Assembly: GCA_024405635.1 (NCBI GenBank)
Contig: JAKSOL010000016.1
Span: forward strand, 1 to 62,460
Direction: 5' to 3'
DNA: 62,460 nucleotides
Source of the DNA: Salinivirgaceae bacterium
GTDB taxonomy: Bacteria; Bacteroidota; Bacteroidia; Bacteroidales; SZUA-534
The notes beneath the pieces are model-generated. The model was not told the DNA's origin. It saw only the letters and a program-made list of their open reading frames with translations, and ran no database searches. This document shows, one piece after another, positions 10,104 through 18,406 of the stretch (positions within the stretch are counted from its first letter, which is position 1; every line of letters starts with the position of its first letter). The translations under genes and the position numbers were made by a program.

Positions 10104-11888
10104 TTATTGCAATTTAAAACCAATAACAAGCACGTCATCGGTAGGTTGATACCTATTACCTTGCCACGCAGTCAATCGAGCATTCAAAATTCTTGATTGC
10201 TCTAACATTGGCATTTGATGTATTTCGGTAAGGCTGCGGATAAAGTTTTTTGAGTAATATTTTTTACCATCAAGGCCTCCAAATTGATCAGCATAGCCAT
10301 CGGAAAACATATAGCAATAAGTTGGGCCTTTAATATCAAGCACAACTTGTCGGAACGGCATATGGTCAGGACGGATGTAACCTCCAATACCAAAATTATC
10401 GAGTTTCAGTTTTTCAGCTTTACCGTCAACTATATAAACAAACTGGCTAGCAGTTCCGGCAACCGTCAGTTTTTTCACATCAGGATCATAGGCACAAATA
10501 ACCAAATCCATACCATCGTTGTTTCCTGTTTGCTCTTGATTCAATCTTTCGCGAATATGAATGTGCATGCGTTCAACTATATCACAAGGCTCATATCGTC
10601 GCTCTTTTTGAACAATCTCGTCAAGCAAACTAATTCCTAACATACTCATCATAGCACCTGGCACACCGTGTCCTGTGCAATCGACCACTGCCATAATAAA
10701 ACGATTGCGCCCTGATTGGGGTTTCACCACATTACCAAACCAATAAAAATCGCCACTAACCACACTACATGGCTTAAAAAACACGAACGATTCGGACAGA
10801 TTTCGTTTCAGCACATCGATAGGCGACAGCAGTGCTCGTTGTATGTTACTTGCATACATGATACTGTTTTGCAAATCGTGGTGAGTTTTTTCAATAATTT
10901 TGTTTCGATGTTCAATTTCAATGTTGCGATATTTGAGCATTGTGTTATACCTATGGCGCATAATAAATTCAAGAGCCATAAACACCAATGCAAGAAAACA
11001 AATAGCAGAAACGGCTATCCAAATCAAACTATTCCGTTGTTTTTCGCGCAATTTCATTTTAACACGCAACTCTTCCATGCGAGCATGTTCAGCCACATCT
11101 TCAAGCGAATCTTGCACATATTTCAACGAATCGTTATTAACTTGAACCAACGACAATGCGCTTGTAGCAAAGTCGAAAGCCAAATCGCTAGCGGCTTCGG
11201 CAACCTCCATGCGGGCTTTTTCAATGTCGTTCTTAGTTTTTTCATAACGTTCGGCTACACGAGCCGAATCGGCTTTGATTTTTGTTTTGAAAATTTTCTC
11301 GTGTAGAACAACAAAATCCTCATACAACTCAACTACTCGCGACATATTATCTAACCTTTTGTTAAGGTCAATCAAATAATGATAACACGAAAGTTCAGTG
11401 TTTTGGTCGTTGAAATGACGCGAAAGTGTTATCAGTTTTTCAAAAAGAGCTATTGATTCTTCGTTTCGATTAACCTTAAAAAGTAAAACCGCCATTTTTT
11501 GGCTCACCGACATTTCAAGTCGCTCATTTCCAGTTTGGTCAGATAATTTCAACGATTTGCGATACGACATTAACGAAGGTTCATATTGACCCATTTCGTT
11601 ATAAATGTCGCCCATTTCGGAATAAACTTGTTGCAATAGTTTGTTTTCGTTTGCCTTTTTGTAAATAGACACACGTTGTTCACAATAACTTATTGCTTTT
11701 GAAAACTGATTTGCTTTTACATATAAATCAGATAGTTCCTTGTAAGCATGAGCAAGAGCTTTATTATTTGCCTCGCTGCGATACTTAACCACTTCTCGAA
11801 GCAATTCAGCTTCGCTTTTTTGCGCTAACGATGCGTTGCTGACAAACAAAGCAACTAACAAGAATGCTATATACAGCGGCCGCACCAT
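10104..11888 (-). CDS. membrane sensor with TPR ectodomain and SpoIIE/PP2C phosphatase
   Basis: Signal peptide, TPR-like helices, one TM segment, then VSGDFY, DCTGHGVPGA, DGMD, SDGYADQFGG, DDVLVIG. Confidence 0.9.
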   Translation of the reverse strand: MVRPLYIAFLLVALFVSNASLAQKSEAELLREVVKYRSEANNKALAHAYKELSDLYVKANQFSKAISYCEQRVSIYKKANENKLLQQVYSEMGDIYNEMGQYEPSLMSYRKSLKLSDQTGNERLEMSVSQKMAVLLFKVNRNEESIALFEKLITLSRHFNDQNTELSCYHYLIDLNKRLDNMSRVVELYEDFVVLHEKIFKTKIKADSARVAERYEKTKNDIEKARMEVAEAASDLAFDFATSALSLVQVNNDSLKYVQDSLEDVAEHARMEELRVKMKLREKQRNSLIWIAVSAICFLALVFMALEFIMRHRYNTMLKYRNIEIEHRNKIIEKTHHDLQNSIMYASNIQRALLSPIDVLKRNLSESFVFFKPCSVVSGDFYWFGNVVKPQSGRNRFIMAVVDCTGHGVPGAMMSMLGISLLDEIVQKERRYEPCDIVERMHIHIRERLNQEQTGNNDGMDLVICAYDPDVKKLTVAGTASQFVYIVDGKAEKLKLDNFGIGGYIRPDHMPFRQVVLDIKGPTYCYMFSDGYADQFGGLDGKKYYSKNFIRSLTEIHQMPMLEQSRILNARLTAWQGNRYQPTDDVLVIGFKLQ

Positions 11889-11899
11889 TAAAAAAAACG

Positions 11900-12286
11900 C
11901 TATTCGTCTAATTTTTTAAATACAAACGGCATACTTACCAAGTTTTGATAGTCAACACCAAGTTCTTCCATGTCCTCATCGGACGAATACCAAACCACAG
12001 TAACATCAGCGCCACCTTTGTACAAGAACTCCAATTGCTCAAAAATACCGAGCAAACATTTTGATGTACTAGTGTTAAAATAAATGAACTTTACGTGCAA
12101 TTCGGTATGGTTTGCAGGGCACATATCATAGTTCTCAAACCATTGAATAATAGGCTCATAGAACTGCGCTGTGTTTTCCAAAATGGAGTAACCTGACATT
12201 TCAAGAACACCTGTTTTTGCATTTAACGAAATGGAAGGACGACTGCTAGTTCCTTCAATATTTATGTCTTCTAATTTACCAATCAT
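11900..12286 (-). CDS. DUF1987 / SiaC-family phosphoswitch protein
   Basis: G.S..EN...FY.PI..W and YFNTSTSK signature. Confidence 0.85.
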   Translation of the reverse strand: MIGKLEDINIEGTSSRPSISLNAKTGVLEMSGYSILENTAQFYEPIIQWFENYDMCPANHTELHVKFIYFNTSTSKCLLGIFEQLEFLYKGGADVTVVWYSSDEDMEELGVDYQNLVSMPFVFKKLDE

Positions 12287-12672
12287 AATAATATGTTTAT
12301 TTGGCTTTGAATATAGGTTATTTTTCGTTTGAAGCGCTTATTCATTTGTCAAAAAGCAAGCTTTAGAATATATTTTTTTATTGAGCCAAAAATTGGCATT
12401 TTGAAACACTTTCAAGCAAGCGAAAAAGCAAATTAAACTCTTAAAAACAATATTAATTACGTTTAATTCATGTGCAAATTCGTTGCCAAACTACATTCAG
12501 CATCAAACTATTTGACATTTTTCTGACGTAAAAAAACGAGACATTAAAGTGTCAATTGCACATTTGCGAGCGTAGCCTCAAAACAACACGCTGTAATCCA
12601 ACACATTAGCAGCACAACAATAAATTTTACATCATTTTTTACGTTTGTGTTTTTGAATAAATCAAAAAACTC

Positions 12673-12680
12673 TATATTTG
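12673..12680 (+). promoter_or_regulatory. -7 promoter element of tRNA-Met
   Basis: TATATTTG with a TTTG about 20 nt upstream. Confidence 0.75.
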
Positions 12681-12697
12681 CACCCGCTTAACGGCAT

Positions 12698-12771
12698 GGC
12701 GAGGTAGCTCAGCTGGTTAGAGCGTCGGATTCATAATCCGGAGGTCGTGGGATCATGCCCCACTCTCGCTA
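12698..12771 (+). tRNA. tRNA-Met(CAT), elongator type, CCA not encoded
   Basis: Cloverleaf: acceptor GGCGAGG/TCTCGCT+A, D arm AGCTCAGCTGGTTAGAGC, anticodon loop TTCATAA. T loop is atypical (ATCATGC). Confidence 0.9.
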
Positions 12772-12777
12772 CACAAT

Positions 12778-12812
12778 AAACCCTGATTCATCAACTGATG
12801 ATTCAGGGTTTT
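12778..12812. terminator. hairpin terminator between tRNA-Met and the convergent dus gene
   Basis: AAACCCTGA.TCATCA / TGATGA.TCAGGGTTT followed by T run. Confidence 0.65.
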
Positions 12813-12895
12813 GTTCTTGTACTATGCGCTAAAAAAAACAGCACACAAATGGCTTTAATATTTATTCGCAACAACGCTCGTTTTATGCGTTTTAA

Positions 12896-13840
12896 TTAAG
12901 CATTTAGCAGTTGACTCACATAACTCTCGTAGCTAGACAACGAGCGAGTTTTGCCTATTTTTTTCTTCAATTTAGCATCAGCATCAGGCAACAGATATTG
13001 CCAAAAATTCTGCATGTGTAGTAAAACTTGCATTGGTCCTTCAAGAACTTGCTTGTTATGAGCAAATAATTCAGCATGTAGTTGGCCTACCTTTTTGTAA
13101 AGTTCAGTTTTGCTCAACATTGCCCCTTTTACATACTCGCTGGCCAATGCTGGATTTGCAAGCAAACCTCTACCAATCATCACTCCAGCCAAATTGGGAA
13201 ATTGATTTTCTATTTGCTGAATTTGTTCAATAGTAGTAAGGTTACCATTATAAATCAATTGATGTTTGCAAGTCTTATAAAATTCGCCAAACGCGGTCAT
13301 ATTGCAATCGCCATCATATTGTTGCGATGCAATACGCGCATGAACAGTTACATGATGTAAGGGATATTGATTAAGCAATGGAGCAATTTGCAAGCATTCG
13401 TCGGCCGATGCAAAGCCCAAACGCATTTTTACTGACATTTGAACACCATTAGCAACACAAGCAGCATCTAACACCTGGCGCAAATTATCGGCATTTGCAA
13501 GCAATGCAGCACCTCGTCCCTTACCTGTTTGCATTGGGTATGGGCAACCAAGGTTAATATCGATTTGTTGATAACCCAATTGAGAAACAGCTTCAACAAG
13601 TTGTTTTGTTTCAACCACATCAGCAACAATAATCTGAGGCAACTGATTCAAATTAGGATTTGGACACATGTCGCGCAAATCGCGAACACGCACAACGCCA
13701 TGTTCAATTCGGGCAAATGGGACACAATAAGTAGCAACATTGCCAAAAATCTGACTATGAAACAAACGGTATGCAGCACTAGTAAAACCTTGCAATGGCG
13801 CGAAATAAATAGGCAAACTCATAATGGTTTTATTGTTCAT
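12896..13840 (-). CDS. tRNA-dihydrouridine synthase family protein
   Basis: FAPLQG, IDINLGCP, SVKMRLG, VTVHAR, YNG, VMIGRG. Start may be the second Met (MSLP). Confidence 0.92.
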   Translation of the reverse strand: MNNKTIMSLPIYFAPLQGFTSAAYRLFHSQIFGNVATYCVPFARIEHGVVRVRDLRDMCPNPNLNQLPQIIVADVVETKQLVEAVSQLGYQQIDINLGCPYPMQTGKGRGAALLANADNLRQVLDAACVANGVQMSVKMRLGFASADECLQIAPLLNQYPLHHVTVHARIASQQYDGDCNMTAFGEFYKTCKHQLIYNGNLTTIEQIQQIENQFPNLAGVMIGRGLLANPALASEYVKGAMLSKTELYKKVGQLHAELFAHNKQVLEGPMQVLLHMQNFWQYLLPDADAKLKKKIGKTRSLSSYESYVSQLLNA

Positions 13841-14099
13841 GTTAACACTTAAAAGGCACGGGCTTTTTCAACCACTCAGCCAAAACAAAAGTAGATTATT
13901 TGATGCACAGATTTTACATATCGACGTATAAGCTTTTTCAACACTCACATTTTGAGACAAACACACTTTGCTAACTTTTGTTTCGAACCATAAAAACGCG
14001 TTGTTTATTTGTTGAAATCTTGTGCGTGGCAAGTCCAAAAATAAACGGCAAATACAAGCCTAAATACTATTTTTGGGGAACAAACTAAAATAGATATTT

Positions 14100-14654
14100 A
14101 TGAATCTAACATTCCGTTTTTCATCGGACGAAGAAGCCGATTTTACACTAGACATTACTATTGGCAGCGACAAGACCTTTGACGATTTGCACCAAGCTAT
14201 TCAAAAAGCGTTAGGATATAACAACCAACAACCTGCATCGTTTTTTGTATCGAACGAAGCATGGGAAAAACTAGACGAAATAACATCGATAGACATGGGC
14301 GCTGGCGAAGTTCACCTAATGGACGAAACCAAAATTGAAGAGTTTTTTGGCGAAAAAGACCAACGCATTTTGTATGTATTCGACTACTTTTCAGAGCGTT
14401 TGATTTATGGCTTTATAAACGCCGTAAAAAACACCAAATCAGTAGTTGCAAAAGTTGATAAACTTGACGGACACATTCCACCACTTGAGGCTGGCATTGA
14501 CGACGACATTAACAACCTATTTGGCGACGACGAAGGCATTGACGATGAGGATCTTGACGATTATCTTAACGGAAACTTTGACGACGAAGAAGGCGACGAA
14601 TTTGGCGGCGACTTTGGCGACGAGTTTGGCAACCCTTACGACAACGAATTTTAA
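14100..14654 (+). CDS. pRiA4b ORF-3 / TnpR-like family protein with acidic tail
   Basis: TFDDLHQAI, SFFVSNEAWEK..EIT, YVFDYF; conserved position upstream of miaA; TATTTTTG promoter at 14068-14075. Confidence 0.75.
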   Translation: MNLTFRFSSDEEADFTLDITIGSDKTFDDLHQAIQKALGYNNQQPASFFVSNEAWEKLDEITSIDMGAGEVHLMDETKIEEFFGEKDQRILYVFDYFSERLIYGFINAVKNTKSVVAKVDKLDGHIPPLEAGIDDDINNLFGDDEGIDDEDLDDYLNGNFDDEEGDEFGGDFGDEFGNPYDNEF

Positions 14655-14666
14655 TTTAAAGCCAAC

Positions 14667-15563
14667 TTGAGCAAGCAACTTATTATTCTGACTGGCCCAA
14701 CGGGCATTGGCAAAACCGACTTGAGTTTGGATTTGGCGCAAATGCTAGGCACCGAAATAATTTCGTGCGACTCTCGGCAAATGTACCATCAACTCAAGAT
14801 TGGTACAGCACCGCCATCGCACGAACAACTGCAACGCGTAAAACATCATTTTATTGGCAACTTAAATGTTACAGATTACTACAGTGCAGGCCGTTTTGAA
14901 CTTGAAGTACTTGACTTGCTCAACTCGCTTTTTGAAAAATATACCAAAGTATTAATGACAGGAGGATCAACCATGTATGTTGATGCTTTGGTTAATGGCA
15001 TTGATGACCTTCCATCGGCCGACTTGGCAATTCGCCAACAAGTGAAGTCTGAAATGGAAGAAAAGGGAGTGGCTGCAATGGTTGACCGTTTGCGAATAAT
15101 TGACCCAGAGTATTGTGAAACCGCCGATTTAAGCAACCCTCGTAGAGTAGCAAAGGCAATGGAGATATTCCTTATGACTGGTAGAAAATACTCGTCGTTT
15201 CGTACAGCCACAGCCAAGCAACGCGACTTTGAGATACACTTGATTGGACTCAACATGAACCGCGACGAACTTTATAACCGAATTGACCACAGAGTTGATT
15301 TAATGCTTGAAGCTGGACTGGAAAACGAAGCTCGTCAAATGTATCCTTATCGCGAACTAAATGCATTAAACACAGTAGGTTACAAAGAATTTTTCGACTA
15401 TTTTGACGGACAATATGACCGCGACGAAGCTGTTAGACTAATAAAACGAAACTCGCGACGATATGCCAAACGCCAATTATCGTGGTTTGGACGTTACCCT
15501 CAAATGGTTTGGTTTGACAAAAGCGAAACCGACAAACTAAAAAACTACGTGGCGCAATTATGA
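14667..15563 (+). CDS. miaA: tRNA dimethylallyltransferase
   Basis: GPTGIGKT, ISCDSRQMY..LKIGTA, GGSTMY, TVGYKE, RRYAKRQLSW; TTG start. Confidence 0.97.
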   Translation: MSKQLIILTGPTGIGKTDLSLDLAQMLGTEIISCDSRQMYHQLKIGTAPPSHEQLQRVKHHFIGNLNVTDYYSAGRFELEVLDLLNSLFEKYTKVLMTGGSTMYVDALVNGIDDLPSADLAIRQQVKSEMEEKGVAAMVDRLRIIDPEYCETADLSNPRRVAKAMEIFLMTGRKYSSFRTATAKQRDFEIHLIGLNMNRDELYNRIDHRVDLMLEAGLENEARQMYPYRELNALNTVGYKEFFDYFDGQYDRDEAVRLIKRNSRRYAKRQLSWFGRYPQMVWFDKSETDKLKNYVAQL

Positions 15564-16786
15564 TTCAGGTGCTATACATATCGTACGACGGAATGACCGA
15601 CTCGCTTGGCAGATCGCAAGTGTTGCCTTACCTTGAAGGTTTGTCGCAACGTGGATATAAAATAACACTCATAAGTGCCGAAAAGCCTCAACCTTTTGCC
15701 CAATACGGAAAATCAACAGCCAAACTCATATCAAACATAGGTATTGACTGGCACCCAATAAAATACACTAAACGCCCGCCAATAATTTCAACGCTTGTTG
15801 ATGTTTTTAAGATGCAACGTTTAGCATTGAAACTACACCACACAAAACAATTTAACATAGTTCATTGCCGCAGCTACATTTCTGCATTTATTGGCTTGCG
15901 ACTACAAAAGCAATACAACTGCCGATTTGTATTTGACATGCGAGGTTTTTATGCCGACGAACGCGTTGATGGTCAAATATGGGACACTAAAAAAACTATA
16001 TATAGGCTGGTTTACAATTTTTTCAAGAAGAAAGAAAAAGCTTTCATGTCGTGTAGCAGCGCAATAATCAGTCTAACACAAAATGCTAAAAAAGAAATAC
16101 TTACATGGAATTTACCCAACGTAAATGACGAAAAAATTACAGTGATTCCATGTTGTGCAGACCTTCAGTTATTTGATTATAACAAAACCAGCAACACCCA
16201 AACGCAGCAACTGAGAAATCAACTTAACATAAACAACAATCAATTTGTAATCAGTTATTTAGGCTCAGTTGGAACTTGGTATATGCTTCCGCAGATGTTA
16301 GATTTTTTTAAACAACTGCAAAAGCACAAACTAGATGCTATTTTTCTGCTCATAACTCGCGACAACAAACAAAGTATAATTGATGCCGCCAAAGCCAAAG
16401 GAATTGACGAGCAATTTTTACGCATTGTTCCTGCACAACGAAACGAAGTCCCACAATTGTTAGCACTTTCATCGGCATCGGTTTTCTTTATCAAACCAGC
16501 ATGGTCAAAAAAAGCATCGTCGCCAACCAAACTAGCTGAACTAATGGGAATGGGCATACCCACTATAACCAACCGAGGTGTAGGCGATGTTGACACTGTT
16601 ATGGAACAAAATCCATCGGGCTACCTAATTAACAGTTGGGACACAAACAGTTACGAAGAAATAATAGCCAAGATGCTAGGCAACACAACCGACAACCGAC
16701 AAGCCACTCGCGAATTGGCCAACAACGAATTTTCACTTATTGGTGGAATAAATAAATATGCCGCTGTTTACGAACGAATAATGTAG
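15560..16786 (+). CDS. glycosyltransferase family 4
   Basis: IVHCRS, FDMRGF, YLGS...WY, SSPTKLAELMGMGIP. Confidence 0.88.
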   Translation: MIQVLYISYDGMTDSLGRSQVLPYLEGLSQRGYKITLISAEKPQPFAQYGKSTAKLISNIGIDWHPIKYTKRPPIISTLVDVFKMQRLALKLHHTKQFNIVHCRSYISAFIGLRLQKQYNCRFVFDMRGFYADERVDGQIWDTKKTIYRLVYNFFKKKEKAFMSCSSAIISLTQNAKKEILTWNLPNVNDEKITVIPCCADLQLFDYNKTSNTQTQQLRNQLNINNNQFVISYLGSVGTWYMLPQMLDFFKQLQKHKLDAIFLLITRDNKQSIIDAAKAKGIDEQFLRIVPAQRNEVPQLLALSSASVFFIKPAWSKKASSPTKLAELMGMGIPTITNRGVGDVDTVMEQNPSGYLINSWDTNSYEEIIAKMLGNTTDNRQATRELANNEFSLIGGINKYAAVYERIM

Positions 16787-16787
16787 A

Positions 16788-17891
16788 ATGGAACGACTTA
16801 AACTTTTATACATAGCCCCACATCGCATTGACCGTTCACCAGGTCAACGATTTCGTTTTGAGCAGTATATGAGCTACCTCAATGCATGCGGATTTGATAT
16901 AACCTATGCAAACCTTGTAAGCGAGTCCGACGACAAAATACTTTATTCAAATGGCAGAACATTGCTCAAATGCCTTATTGGTATAAAAGGATTATTCATT
17001 CGTTTGCGTAACATAATACAAGCCAACAAATTTGATGTAATTCTTGTATATCGCGAAGCTCATTTTTTAGGATTCACATTGTTTGAAAAATTGCTTTCAA
17101 AATCGCATGCCGCATTGGTTTTTGATTTTGACGACGCAATTTGGCTCAACGACACATCGCTTGCAAATCAAAAATTAAGTTGGCTTAAAAGCGGAAGTAA
17201 AACTTCAAAAATTGCAGCATTAGCAAACATTGTAACTGTTGGCAACTCGTATTTAGCCGAATACGCAAAGCAAACTGCCAGCGAAGTGATGATTATTCCA
17301 ACTACCATTGACACAAACAAATACAAATACCGCAAGCCACAAGAAACCGACACATTAACTATTGGTTGGATTGGCAGCATGACCACATTAAAACACTTTA
17401 TTAGTTGCCTACCCGTTTTGCGGCAAATAAAAAGCAAATACGGTTCTAAAGTCAACTTTAAAGTTATTGTGGATGTTGACTACAAAGATGCCGAGCTTGG
17501 AATAGTAAGCACAAAATGGAGCAAAGAAACTGAGCTTGAAGAACTTAACAAAATTGACATAGGCATAATGCCCCTACCCGATGACGATTGGAGCCGCGGC
17601 AAATGCGGTTTTAAAGGCATACAATACATGTCGTTAGGCATACCAACTGTAATGTCACCAGTTGGAGTAAATGTTGATATAATTGACCACGAACAAAATG
17701 GTTTTTTAGCATCAACTACCGACGAATGGGTTGATTGTTTAAGCCAACTCATTGAATCGCAACAACTTCGCCAACGATTAGGACGCGCTGGTAGGATTAC
17801 CGTTGAACATCGTTTTTCTGTTGAATCACAAAAAGAGCAAGTACGAAAATCGTTAATTAACGCCATTATTCGCAAAAATTTAAAGCAATGA
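16788..17891 (+). CDS. glycosyltransferase family 4
   Basis: FDFDDAI, IGWIGS, DIGIMPL, GKCGFKGIQYMSLGIP. Confidence 0.88.
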   Translation: MERLKLLYIAPHRIDRSPGQRFRFEQYMSYLNACGFDITYANLVSESDDKILYSNGRTLLKCLIGIKGLFIRLRNIIQANKFDVILVYREAHFLGFTLFEKLLSKSHAALVFDFDDAIWLNDTSLANQKLSWLKSGSKTSKIAALANIVTVGNSYLAEYAKQTASEVMIIPTTIDTNKYKYRKPQETDTLTIGWIGSMTTLKHFISCLPVLRQIKSKYGSKVNFKVIVDVDYKDAELGIVSTKWSKETELEELNKIDIGIMPLPDDDWSRGKCGFKGIQYMSLGIPTVMSPVGVNVDIIDHEQNGFLASTTDEWVDCLSQLIESQQLRQRLGRAGRITVEHRFSVESQKEQVRKSLINAIIRKNLKQ

Positions 17892-18367
17892 ACAACATTG
17901 AAATAGAACGTAAATTTTTGGTTATTGGCGACTTTAAAAGCCAAGCAACAAGCCACACAACCATTTGTCAAGGTTATTTAGTTGCCGACGCAAAACGCAC
18001 TGTTAGAATACGTTTGCGCGACACAAAAGGCTACATTACCATTAAAGGAGAGTCCTCGGCCGATGGATTACAACGTTTTGAATGGGAAAAAGAAATTGAA
18101 GCCAACGAAGCAAAACAACTATTTAAACTATGCCTACCAGGTTCGTTGGAAAAAGTTCGTTGGATAGTTGAGTTTGATGGTCACACATTTGAAGTTGACG
18201 AGTTTGGTGGCGAAAACGAAGGCCTAATAATGGCCGAAGTTGAACTAAATAGTGCCAACGAAAAAGTTAATCTACCAAGCTGGATTAGCAAAGAAGTAAC
18301 AGGCGACAAACGATATTACAACTCGTACCTATCGCAAAATCCTTATAAAAACTGGAAAGATAAATAA
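17888..18367 (+). CDS. CYTH domain protein
   Basis: EIERKFLV, QGYL, VRIR, FEVDEF, AEVEL. Confidence 0.92.
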   Translation: MNNIEIERKFLVIGDFKSQATSHTTICQGYLVADAKRTVRIRLRDTKGYITIKGESSADGLQRFEWEKEIEANEAKQLFKLCLPGSLEKVRWIVEFDGHTFEVDEFGGENEGLIMAEVELNSANEKVNLPSWISKEVTGDKRYYNSYLSQNPYKNWKDK

Positions 18368-18406
18368 ACTGATATACAGCTAATTGACTATAAAAGCAAA
18401 TAAGAA

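Noticed and set aside
12698-12830. tRNA-Met as an integration site
   Set aside because: No duplicated tRNA 3' end or integrase found in the window.
14100-14654. Mobile element, from the TnpR/pRiA4b-like family name
   Set aside because: No transposase or inverted repeats; it is a conserved neighbour of miaA.
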